Shown: positions 52,673 through 64,000 of the stretch, in pieces
Layout: each line of letters begins with the position of its first letter
How positions within the stretch are numbered: position 1 is the first letter of the stretch
NCBI GenBank assembly: GCA_964016885.1
Contig: OZ024741.1
Coordinates: forward strand, 95,232,001-95,296,000
Direction: 5' to 3'
Source of the DNA: Eledone cirrhosa
Taxonomy: Eukaryota
Length of the DNA stretch: 64,000 nt
Program-made: the position numbers and the translations under genes
The notes under the pieces: generated by a model
What the model was told of the DNA's origin: nothing
The model's database searches: none
What the model saw: only the letters and a program-made list of their open reading frames with translations

Positions 52673-53440
52673 TATAATGAAGGAAGTGTGGTAAGGAACC
52701 AGGTGGACCATAATGCACCAGAGTACTCAATACTTAGGGTAGTAGAGTGGGTAATAGGAATATGTTCAAGACCCCGACGGCAGAGCTCAAGCCGTTACGA
52801 CGGCTATTCCTGGACTAAATTAGATTTTTAGCATGGTAATAAATAACCAAACTTTTCAAGGGGTAATTCCTTATATGGGAAGATTGTAGTTGTCAGAAGG
52901 ATTGGTCAAAATTTCTTGTAAACACAATTAAAATCTTTCATGGTGGTGGGTGGTAGGTGGGGGTAGCTGAACTTGCCTGTAGAACAATGAGGAAGTGGGT
53001 GGAGCCAGTCAAGCGTTGAAAGTGAATTCTATACAGCAAATTCTAAGGAGTGGGGATGGAATTAGGCTAGCTAGAAAGCAGGCGAAAAAAGAATTCTGGA
53101 GGAATCCGAGAGTGGGAAGTTATAAAATTAAAAAGTTAATAAATTGAAAAAAAAAATAAAAAATAATAAATAAAAATAATAATATTAAAAAATTAAATAA
53201 TAAAAAAAACTAGAGTCTAAAACAGCTGCTACATTTTTAGCTGGTATTGCGTTTTCGGCCAATGCTATATAGAATTTACTAATTTTAACCAATCCTTTTG
53301 ACAACTACAATCTTCCCATATAAGGAATTACCCCTTGAAAAGTTTGACTATTTATTACCATGCTAAAAATCTAATTTAGTCCAGGAATAGCCGTCGAAAC
53401 GGCTTGAGCTCTGCTGTCGGGGTCTTGAACATTTCCCTAT
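52673..53440. mobile_element. Penelope-like non-coding element with 160-bp inverted repeats
   Basis: Arms 52754-52913 and 53281-53440 each carry a hammerhead; TA-flanked. Confidence 0.7.
53330..53423 (+). ncRNA. Type I hammerhead ribozyme, U3-A8 core variant
   Basis: Stem I acccc/ggggt, TTGAAAA core, long stem II closed by G-C, GAAA at 53396, stem III acggc/gctgt, GTC triplet. Confidence 0.7.
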
Positions 53441-53600
53441 ATATATATATATATATAGTAATAATAAATATGAAGACCAAAATCTGGAGAAGGCTCGATA
53501 AGGATTCATCATCATCATCATTTAACGTCCATCTTCCACGGTAGCATGGGTAGGGCAGAGCAAAAAAGTATATATAAACTCTAACTCATTATTAGTACAG

Positions 53601-53769
53601 GGCGTTGATTTGGCAGTATCGGTAGAGGGCATGCTTTGTAGCATAGAGTTACGGCCCGTTACAAATCCCGCCGAGGTTAACTTTGCTTTTCATCCTTACG
53701 GAGGTCCATAAAATAAAGCACCAGTAATGCATTGGAGTAATTGCTGGCCTTGTACCAAAAGTAGAAACA
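53601..53769 (+). mobile_element. SINE S2
   Basis: 13-bp TSD attattagtacag. Confidence 0.9.
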
Positions 53770-53847
53770 ATTATTAGTACAGATTAAAGTTTAAACAAAG
53801 AATTGCTGCTTTCACCCTCTTTCTCTCTCTCTCTCTCTATATATATA

Positions 53848-54185
53848 TCATCATCATCATCATCATCATCATTATTTTACGTCCGCTTTTCCCTGCTTGC
53901 AAGAGTGGGACGGGAACTGATTCTGGCTTGATATCTACAGCTGGATGCCCTTCCTAACACCAACCTCATTTACAGTGAGTGCTGGGTGCTTTTTTGCCGT
54001 GGCACCTCCACGACCACTTCACAGTGGAATGATATGAACCCACTCCTTATCATCTCATTTCTACAGCTGAGTAAACTGGAGCAAATGTGAAATAAAGTGT
54101 TTTGCTCAAGGGAACAACACATCACCCGGTCTGAGAAAACCTTTCGATTGCAAGGCCAAAGCTCTAACCACTAAGCCATGTGCCC
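53848..54185 (-). mobile_element. SINE S1
   Basis: Full-length homolog of 12275-12613, TA-flanked. Confidence 0.88.
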
Positions 54186-54186
54186 T

Positions 54187-54239
<53 letters not shown>

Positions 54240-54370
54240 CAAATATTTATATAGTTCGTTGATTATTCGTACTTAAAACGTACTTAATCACCATAGTACC
54301 TTTGAAATATGTATAATAAAATATATATTTTGATTATGAGAATATTTTTCATTTATTAATATTTTGAATA

Positions 54371-54409
<39 letters not shown>

Positions 54410-54842
54410 TATACATAATATTAAATACAATGAAGGCCATATGCAATTATATGTAAGTTTATTTCCATATCCATGATATATATATTTTGCTGGGGTCAAT
54501 GACTAGGTAGTGCTCTTGTGCTCTTCCTGCCCAATCCCTTGGCCTAAGCTCGTCATATGGTATAAATTATTTAAACAAACAATATCAAACAATTTCAAAA
54601 GTTTTTATGATATGAGGAGCCTGTGTTTGTGTTGTTGATTCTCGGCGTGCTGGCCACTATAGTAACTAATTACACAGCAAGTGATGCTTTCCCGCCAATA
54701 CACCTAGCTTGTTGCCAACCATTGTTGCCGCCTTGCATGTTCGTTACTCGAGACAGAGTTCGTCACTTGTTCGGAAAAATTGTTTGTCAACCGATTTGTT
54801 TGTGATGAGAGGCATTCATGATCTGAGGTTCCACTGTATATA

Positions 54843-56184
54843 TCATCATCATCATTGTTTTTACATCTGCTTTTCCATACTTGCATGGGTTGGATGGGTC
54901 CTTCTCAGCATGGTATCTCTCAACTTCTCGCATTCCTTTGTCATCTCCTCTGTCCTAGCAATTTGAGGTCCACTCTCACAACCTCTGCCCAGGTCTTTAT
55001 AGGTCATCCTCTACTGTGGATTCTTTCCACTGGGATTTCCTGGCATTTCTTCACCCATCAATCATTGTCTATGTGCATCACATGTCCATACCAACGCTGT
55101 CTTCTCTCTTCATTATCCCTCTACATATTTTGTGTACCCAAGATTTACATTGTGTACATTGTATGGAGTTTATGCCTCCTCCTTTTCTGCATATTGAGCA
55201 TGGCCACTTCCCTGGGGAAATCTGGGTCCTGTCTTCTCTCCTATTCACTAGTACTTCAGATTTGGCTAAGTTTGCTCTTAGGCCTTTTGATTCCAAATTC
55301 AGTTTCCATAATCGGAATTTATTTTCTAGCTCTTTTTTTATATATATCATCATCATCATCGTTTAACGTCTATCTTCCATGCTAGCATGGGTTTAGATGG
55401 GAATTGTCCCACTTGAGGCAAGATTGGTCATCTCGCTTGTATGGGACTGTCTGGCAGGTTTTCTATGGTTGGATGTCCTTCCTAACACCAACCACATTTA
55501 CAGTGTGGACTGGGAGGTTTTTAACGTGTTACCTACACGGCCACATTACAGCGTGGACTGTGTGTTTTTTTGTCGTGGCACCTACACGACCTCATTTATT
55601 TAGGACTGGATGTTGTGGTACCAACATAACTTTACAGAGAAAGGGGTGGTGTTGAGGGGGTGGGGGAGTTGAGTTACACTTGTCTCCTAGCTTCCCTCCT
55701 GGCCACTTGATAGTCTTCTCTACTTCCCCTATCCCACCATACTTTCCAAGCCTGCTTTTTGGCTTTGATTGACTCCTCCACCTTACTGTTCCACCACCAA
55801 GTTACACTCCTGCCTATAGGTCTGCTCCAGCCACAGGTTTCATCTGTCGCCTTCAGCAGGTTAGCTTTCAGGAATTCCCACTGTTCCTATATTGTATGAC
55901 TCTAATTGCTCTTCCTTACTGTCAAAAGCATCAAGTAATATGCTTTTAAATTTGTTACTGGCTGTGGAGTCCTTTAACTTCCATATTCTTCTCCTTAGGG
56001 TAGACCTCCTCTGTTGTCGAGTACGTCTCATCCTGACTATGAGGTCGCTAACTATGAGGCTATATTGGGAAGTGCATTCTTCATGGGGGAGGGATTTAGT
56101 GTTTACAACAGACACTCTGTCACGTCTTCTGGTAAGGATATAATCTATTTGACTGGCGTGTTCCCCTGATCTATAGGTGATCAA

Positions 56185-56249
<65 letters not shown>

Positions 56250-56425
56250 CATGGAAGATGGACGTTAAACGATGATGATGATGATGAATACCCACCTGCA
56301 CATTGAATTCCTCACTAAACTTATCACCTACTCTCACTTTACTGACTACCTCTGGATATGGCTTGCATTGTTCTCATCAGCCACTTGTCTACCCCAGTTT
56401 CCTTAAGGGTGACCAGATAACAGAT
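54843..56425 (-). mobile_element. Nested RTE relics (older RTE interrupted by an internally deleted RTE-A-type copy at 55346-56186)
   Basis: WPCSICRKGGGINSIQCTQCKSWVHKIC finger, RT fragments, APE fragment joined to a 3' UTR. Confidence 0.75.
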
Positions 56426-56514
56426 CATAGTGCATCCATTTTCTGTTGAATGATGGTGGTGATAATGTACATGTACTCACATGTGCATACATGAAAATAT
56501 ACATGTACATACAC

Positions 56515-56586
<72 letters not shown>

Positions 56587-58930
56587 GTAAAGACATCCTT
56601 CAGTCATGAATGACAATGGGATTTGCACCTAGTAAGTTCTCTGAAGCACGAGCCAGGGCAAGGTGTTTTGTGGAAGACAAACAGTCACCCATTCATGCCA
56701 GTCTCCCCTCAACACTCCACCGATGATCTCCAAATTAATATTCTCTCTTTCAAGTTGTAAAGTCTCATTTTGGAATTCTTAATCTTACTTTGAACTGGTA
56801 GGGTCTCACTTTGAATTCATATGTCCTCACTTAGAATTCCAAATACTTTAGTAAGACCTACCGAAATTCTGAAAGTTGGAGATTTTTTATAATTATGACT
56901 GGGGTGTTAAATAGGGAGTTATTTCAAAAAAGATTAATTAGCAAAGTTCTTAGAATGCTGGATTAAATACCTCAGTATTTTTTACTAACTTCTTCCAATC
57001 TGAGCTCAAATCATGCCAAAGTTAACTTTGCCTTCCATCTTTTTTGGGGTCAATAAATAAGATCCAGCACAAGAGCAGTGGATTGGTAGAATTGTTAAAT
57101 AATCGAATCGGATGCTTTGCAGCATCTGATCTGGTTCTGTGTTATCTGAGGTCAAATTTTGCGACCAGCAGATAATATCAGCAATGAAAAGACCACCGGA
57201 AATATTGTTTCTTTGGCATGATCTGACTATCAGTTCCTTTCCTTTCTTATGGAAAGAAACATCATGATGTTGTTGCTGTTGTTTAGCCTCATGTTAACCC
57301 TAATTGAGTAGACCCATCACTCCATTTTTCCTTTTCCAGACTACATTATATAACACATACATTTTTGAAGACAAAAGGGTGTGATATGTGTGACACTTAG
57401 CAATTTCTAGCAAGTTGGATAATCATATAAAGGCCATTCAATTGGCTCGAAAAATAATGTGGATTCACTAGTGAATACTGAGGCTCTCATTACAGCTCAG
57501 CAAATGAAAGAAGCACGAAGCTTTTGGAGTTCTGTGATGCGAATCTGACAATTTGTCACAAAAATTTCAGCCAGCTAACATCGTAAACTATACAACAGTC
57601 TATTTTCTGCATAGTATATACTAGACAGTAGTATAATTGAACCAGTGTAATCTATATCATAACCTATTTTACAGTGTAATCTATATTGCTGTCTCTTTCT
57701 TTTGGTAAAATTTTAAAGCTCAGATAAAACTATTTGACTATTATTTAAAGTGATATGCAAATGTATCAGGTTATATCCATATAAAGAAAAAAACCCCCTA
57801 AAGTAACTGGAGACTTTATGAATATCAGAAAGGATGTAGAATTGAGTAAACAAGCCTGGTCCATTTAATACAACTGAATTCTTTATTAATGAGATGTTGA
57901 AGATTGCAAGGCTTTTTCTAAAGTGAACTTATTATGTGCAATGATAGCTTCAATATGAAATGGAAAATTCGCGCATAATTCATAAGGTGACCTGGAACAT
58001 AAAATTACTAGTTCCATTCACTGAAATGATACAATAGACCAACTTGTATAGTAAATAACACAACACTGATTTTAACTTTTCTACTTAGCTTTACCTAACT
58101 CTTGTTAAAATATACAGTGGGTTTGGTTTTCTTTTCGTGTCTTTCTTTTCTTTTGTTATAAAATACACTTATGAACAATGCCTTCATCAGATATTTTAGT
58201 TTTCAAGCAGAAGTCAAATGGATTAATCCATGCTCCACTGCAGTTTAGATACAATGAGGAGCACAATTAGAAAGGAGGGAGTACTAAAACTAGTTGTAAC
58301 TCCATGACATACTCTTCAACATAAGGAGCCTCTATGTACAAATCTAACCCAAATCAAATCTTACCATTTTTATACTAAGCAGAATGGACACATTGGATAA
58401 TGTAGTCTAAGCTAAACTGTGTCTGAGAAATAAAAAAAGACTGGATGATCATGGTTAAAATCAGGGCTGACCTGAGTCTAAACAACAAGAATGCTTCCGC
58501 TACCTTTCAGTATTCCTGCACTATTTCTACCCCCTTAAATATACCAGCACTACCCCTTCAGTATACCACCACCCTAAAGTATACCTACACTACCCCCTCA
58601 TTATACCTCCATAACCTTAAATGTATCTGAACTACTCTTCAGTATATCACTATTATATATGATTGATCAATAAGAGGTGGATTGATCAATATGAGGTGGA
58701 TTGACAGAATCAGTAACCAAATACCACAAAGTATTTTGTGGTATTTGGTTACATCCTTTTATATTCTGAGTTAAAATTCCACCCAGGTCAGCTTTGTCTA
58801 AAATAAGTACCCGATAAAGTACTGGTATCAATATAGTTGACTAAACCCTTAAAAATGGTGCCCCAGTATGGTTGCAGCCCAATGGTTGAAACCTGTAAAA
58901 TAAATATTAATTGAGTAACTCTACTACTTC

Positions 58931-60303
58931 ATCATCATCATCACCGTTTTACGTCCGTTCTTCCATGCTAGCATGGGTTAGACGGGTTGTCCTGTTGTGG
59001 GCAGTGTCTGGTCGGCTGACCTTGCCTTGCTCATACAGGAACTGATTTTGGCTTGCTTTCTACAGCTGGATGCCCTTCCTAACACCAACCTCATTTACAG
59101 TGAGTGCTGTGTGCTTTTTCCGTGTCACCTACACGTCCACTTTACAGCGTGGGCTGGGTGCTTTTTTGCTGTGGCACCTCCACGACCACCTTGCAGTAGG
59201 AGGGTGTGGGGGCATATTGTCTATATGCTTCAGCTTGTACCCATGGGAGGTCGGGTACTCTGTATTACTGCGTGACACCAGAGGTCACGGTCGTGTGTCA
59301 TCGCCTTTGAGAGGTGTAATTGGGTAAGGTCGGCTTTTATCACCTCATTCCAGGTCTTCTTGGGTCTCCCCACTCCGCGGTTTCCATTGACTTCTAGTGC
59401 TCTGCACCTTTTTATGCAGCTGTCATCCTTCATACGCATCACATGTCCATACCAACGCAACCGCCTCTCCTGCACACAGCCTTTGATTCCTCTTATGCTC
59501 AGTCTCTCTCTCAATTCATTTATTCTTTGTCGTTCACGTATATTACTATTACACATCCATCGGAGCATGCAGGCTTCGTTTCTTTCTAATCTACATAAGT
59601 CTTCCACCTTCAGCGCCCAGGTCTCACTACCATGTAATATTGCTGTTCGGATACACGCATCATACAGTTTGCCTTTCATTTTGAGGGAGAAGCCTTTAGC
59701 AGCTAGCAGTGGCAGTAGTTCCCTGAACTTCTTCCATCCCGTTCTTACCCTAGTTATTGTACTTTCTGAACACCCACCTCTGCTGCTAATTCAGTCACCT
59801 AGGTAGCAGAAGCTGTCTACTGTTTCTACAGAGCCCTCCCAGAGATTGGTGGTACTTGTTTCCTGTGGCTGTTTGCTGCTTGCTGTCCCAGCACAGCTGC
59901 TGCATGTGAAGCTTACATTCTTAATTAAGCTTCCTGAGATCCCGCTACATCTCTTGTGTACCCATTGTTTGCATTTGGGGCAGCGAATGGAGTTCCTACC
60001 TACACCTTTCCTACATACTGAGCTAGGCCATTTCCCTGAGGGGATCTGGGTTCTGTTTTCTCGTCTACTTACAAGGACCTTAGTCTTTGTCATGTTGACT
60101 TTGAGACCCTTTCTTTCTAGTCCCTGCTTCCAAGTTTGGAATTTCTTCTCTAGTTCTACCATAGATTCAGCTGTAAGTGCGAGGTCATCAGCATACAGGA
60201 GTTCCCATGGGCATCCGGTCTTAAACTCCTCCGTTATTGCCTGCAGGACTATGATGAACAGGAGAGGGCTAAGAACAGGGCCCTGGTGGACACCAACCTG
60301 TAC
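58931..60303 (-). mobile_element. 5'-truncated RTE-B copy
   Basis: GVHQG, YADD, PHD finger, RRLRWYGHV, GAT tail; 8-bp TSD actacttc. Confidence 0.93.
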
Positions 60304-60382
60304 ACTACTTCTAAGTATAAATTACCTAAATGTAAATATATCTACAACACTCTTTAAACTACCATTATTTTTAAATATCCCT

Positions 60383-60570
60383 GGGCAGTGAATTGGCAGC
60401 ATCGGTAGAGCGTCAGACACCATGCTTTACAGCATAGAGTTATGGCCCTTTACATTCTGAGTTCAAATCCTGCCGAGGTTAACTTTGCCTTTCGTCCTTG
60501 CGGGGTCAATAAAATAAAGTACCACTAATGCACTGGGATAATTGCTGGCCTTGTGCCAAAAGTAGAAACA
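60383..60570 (+). mobile_element. SINE S2
   Basis: About 19-bp imperfect TSD attatttttaaatatccct / attattttgaaatgtccct. Confidence 0.88.
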
Positions 60571-61104
60571 ATTATTTTGAAATGTCCCTCCACTACTACT
60601 CACTGGAAGTCATTTAAAATAACACAGCAAGTTTTTTTTTAAAATGATACAGTAGAGTGGAACTCTCATTTCCACCCCTTTTTTTAATGAAATATTACGT
60701 GGATTAAGAAGATTCTATTGCAGTTTGGTGCTGTTCATATTTAAATTGTGGAATTTGGAAACAAAGGTTGAGTGGGGTTGGCTTGTCGAGATCAATGATG
60801 CAAATGATCTAGTTATTTGTGAGACTAACTTCTGAAAATCACTCGGCTTGCTTACTTAGTTTACATGTAAGTTGCATAGTCAAACCTCTATTAAAGCAAG
60901 AAGCACAACAGGTGGTTGGTTGGTGAAGAGCACTAGAGTAATCTGATCTTCTACCGACAATTGTCTTGAGGCCACACATTCATGACAGTTGGGAAAAGTT
61001 AGAAGGAAGTAGTGAATAAGAGCTGCATGCATTGTAAACCTGTTGCTTTAAAACTGCTTGACACTTTGTTAATATTGCGGCGAAAAAATCCCTGTGAGTT
61101 TTTA

Positions 61105-61322
61105 TTTAGCATTTAAACCAGTTGTATCCGGCCAGAATTCTCTCACCTTTTTCTTTTCAAACCGGCCGTGACTAGCCACTCATACTGATATTCAGGTATT
61201 GGTCTCAAAATAAATAATATCAAAATCTCATAGATTCAATATTACGTGGGATAATTATGTGAGGTAAAGCTTTTACCGTGAAAATACTATAGTAAATACA
61301 GAGTAATGTAAATGCTAAAGGG
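61105..61322. mobile_element. piggyBac-like MITE, family A (inverted)
   Basis: Reverse complement of 11539-11757; ends aatgctaaaggg-TTAA. Confidence 0.8.
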
Positions 61323-61640
61323 TTAATTTGTGTCTTCTGAAGATAGGTGAAATTTGATGTTTTAGGTAATATGATGTTCTTCCAAGAAATAAGAAATGTA
61401 TTAAAAGGCTCATTTACAGTATTCCAATGCTCTTCTCAATTCTTTGAAGAATTTCTTTGTCCAAAACCTGAGAACCAATTTTCCGCACTTAGCACACCTG
61501 CATGCCTTATTGTATTGATGTTATTACCTGATATATGAAGAGTAATTCCTTAATTATCATTTATTAGCCGCAAGAAGATTTGTTGACAGCAACAACCCCT
61601 GACTTTTAATAGCAATGAAGTGGATAGTAAATAAATAATC

Positions 61641-61857
61641 ATTTCTACTATAGACACAAGGCCAGCAGTTTGGTGGGAGGGGAAAAATCGATTAAATCGA
61701 CCCCAGTGCATTACTGCTGTTTTATTTTATCGACCCTGTAAGGATGAAAAGCAAAGCTAACCTCGGTGGGATATAAACTCAGAACGTAAAGGGCCATAAC
61801 TCTATGCTGCAAAGCATGGTGTCTGATGTTCTACTGATACTGCCAATCCACATCCTT
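61641..61857 (-). mobile_element. SINE S2
   Basis: 16-bp TSD tagtaaataaataatc. Confidence 0.88.
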
Positions 61858-62462
61858 TAGTAAATAAATAATCCAAGTGTTTTAGTCACTTCTTACAACA
61901 ACCAGGTATACAGTGTACCTATTCTAAATCGGATACACAAAACTTTGAATATAGACAAATTATTTTTAAAAATCACCAAATAGTTTCCACAGATCTAGCA
62001 TATTTTATGTGTGTGTGTATGTTTATGTGTGTGTGTGTGTATGTTTACCCTACATGGCTTAACTACAATTAAAGTAGGGCCTGAAGGATAATTAAGAAAT
62101 ACTGTTAGAAGAACTGGAATTCAAGCAATTCTGCAACTGTGTTAATAAATTTCCCCTAAAAGCAGTCTTAAGTAAGGGTAAACTCCCAGTGAGCTATGTC
62201 TTTTTTTTGTAGCCCATGGCTCTTTTCATGGCCTCTGAGAGACTTATGAGGCAGAAGGAATAAGAAAGATTTCCTCAAACTGGAGCAGAATTCTTGCAAT
62301 AATATGGACACTGCTAAAAGCTCCCAAAGGCCAGACAGTTATGTTAAACCAGGTGAGCAAGATTTGAACTCAGAATGCAAAGAGTTGGAACAAATGCCGC
62401 AAAGCATCTCAATTTATTCCTTAACAATTCCAAGTTTACCTTGGAATTTGAATTCAGATCAC

Positions 62463-62583
62463 AGATGCGTTTATTTCTATGCTGTAAGGTGCATTTTGTT
62501 CTATACTGTAAAATGTATTTTTTTTCTATGCTGCAAGGTGTATTTTTTCTATGGTATAAGATGCATTTTGTTCTATGCTGTAA
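62463..62583. repeat. Minisatellite, about 24-26 bp x5
   Basis: Unit resembles ttctatgctgtaaggtgcattttg. Confidence 0.8.
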
Positions 62584-63009
62584 TGATTGCCAGTTTGCCT
62601 CTGCACCCATTACAATTGATATTTCACTTTGTGACACTTACCAGAATCAGACCTGTTTTAGTACAGCTTAGTTAAATTACCATCTTATGAAGTTCAGTAC
62701 TGGCTTAACTGGCCACTTATACTGATGTTAAGGTATTGTTCTCAAAATAAATGATATCAAAATCTCATAGATTCAATATTATGTGAGATAAAATGTCTAC
62801 TGGGAAAATACAATAGTATATAAAGAGTAATGTGAATGCTAAAGGGTTAAGTAGATCTGTACCAATTCAACAATGTGTTGATCATAATCTATTATGGGTG
62901 TGGTAACAGTCTTGTTTTCAGAGCATTTAATTGTAAACATATCTTATGAGTAGCTATCAATCGTAGCACCAAACAATATATATATATATCTATCTATCTA
63001 TCTATCTAT

Positions 63010-63602
63010 GTCACTGACCTGTGGGGATATGTAGAACGACTATTGTCGCGGGTGGGACCAATCCAGTTGACCACCGAGTCCATTGTCATGATCAAACCGC
63101 CACCCTCCTTCAAAAACGAAGGAGAGGCGGTTTTCCTTTGTGTGATAGCTATGGCGAAAGAGGTTGTATGGTGGACAAGGTTGAAAGGGCTGAGGTCAGA
63201 CACCTTTCTCTCCGGCCAACAACTGATTCTTTTTTTCAAATACCACTTTGGAAGAAGAATCAGGATGGAGAGAGAGGTGCTGTACCCCAGCAAGTTTTAT
63301 GAAAGGTGGGTGAAAGTGGCGAGAATGGCCCGAGTGAATGGGCCTTCTCTCTATATCAGCCTGTAGATTGAGGAAAAGGAGGAGGAGAGGAAAGGAGTAC
63401 AAGCTCTTCGTACTCCTGGAGATGAGGGTTGCACATTTTTTCGGGGGTATGTGTTACCCATATAAACTGTCTCCCTCTATTGGGGAAAATCGACTAACTT
63501 TTAAATTCCATCTGTGATAACATTTTACACGTTTTTATTGTATGTAAACTTCCCCCTTTGTATTTGTCCCCTTCTTTTGTGCCCCTGTGGCTAATAAAGA
63601 AA
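63010..63602 (+). mobile_element. 5'-truncated Tx1 relative in an (ATCT)n tract
   Basis: ESIVMIKPPPSF..AKEVVWWTRLKG; shared 3' end; tatc repeats on both sides. Confidence 0.88.
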
Positions 63603-63708
63603 TATATCTATCTATATATATATATATACTACCAAGCCAGCTTCCTACCTTAATGGTCGCTTATATTTATGGTACGTCAAAATTATTTATAAAACTGTTT
63701 ATATATTG

Positions 63709-63774
63709 TATTTTATCTGACGAAGGCATGCCATATTTTTAATATGGTATCCCTGAAATATGTATAATGAAATA
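63709..63774 (+). ncRNA. Type I hammerhead ribozyme, apparently intact core
   Basis: Stem I tattttat/atgaaata, CTGACGA at 63717, 14-bp stem II, GAAA at 63755, short near-palindromic stem III, ATA triplet. Confidence 0.75.
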
Positions 63775-63814
63775 AATATGGTTTTATAAATATAGTTTCC
63801 ATTTGTTTAATATC

Positions 63815-63857
<43 letters not shown>

Positions 63858-63878
63858 CATATAAGCATATATATATAT

Positions 63879-64000
63879 ATCATCATCATCATCTTCATTT
63901 AACGTCCACTTTCCACGCTAGCATGGGTTAGATGGGAGTTGTCCCACTTGAGGCACGGTTGGTCGGATGACCGTGTCTCGCTCATATAGGACTATCTGGC
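63879..64000 (-). mobile_element. RTE-A-related 3' end running off the window
   Basis: GAT tail, terminal hairpin, homology to 52560-52660. Confidence 0.85.

Noticed and set aside
62463-62583. CRISPR-like array
   Set aside because: Tandem minisatellite without unique spacers, in a eukaryotic context.

Overview
AT-rich, microsatellite-dense animal DNA made almost entirely of transposable elements. No host exon could be supported. The repeat landscape looks cephalopod/octopus-like, which is inferred and not proven. The main contents are: (1) a full-length RTE-clade LINE (20409-24920) with an intact 1084-aa ORF (AP endonuclease plus reverse transcriptase) that carries a C4HC3 PHD-type finger inside the RT, together with many truncated relatives from several subfamilies; (2) a full-length but decayed Tx1/L1-type LINE (32943-38730) in an (ATT)n tract, and two truncated relatives in (ATCT)n tracts; (3) CR1-, CRE- and mariner-derived relics, TTAA-, TA- and hAT-type MITEs, one solo LTR and two tRNA-SINE families; (4) several type I hammerhead ribozyme motifs in short (TA)n-flanked, Penelope-like inverted structures, including one with a U3-A8 core variant. 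The most interesting candidates are the PHD finger embedded in the RT and a chain of H-type pseudoknots with compensatory changes in the RTE/SINE 3' UTR. All structures were folded and compared by eye, and coordinates of decayed repeats are approximate.
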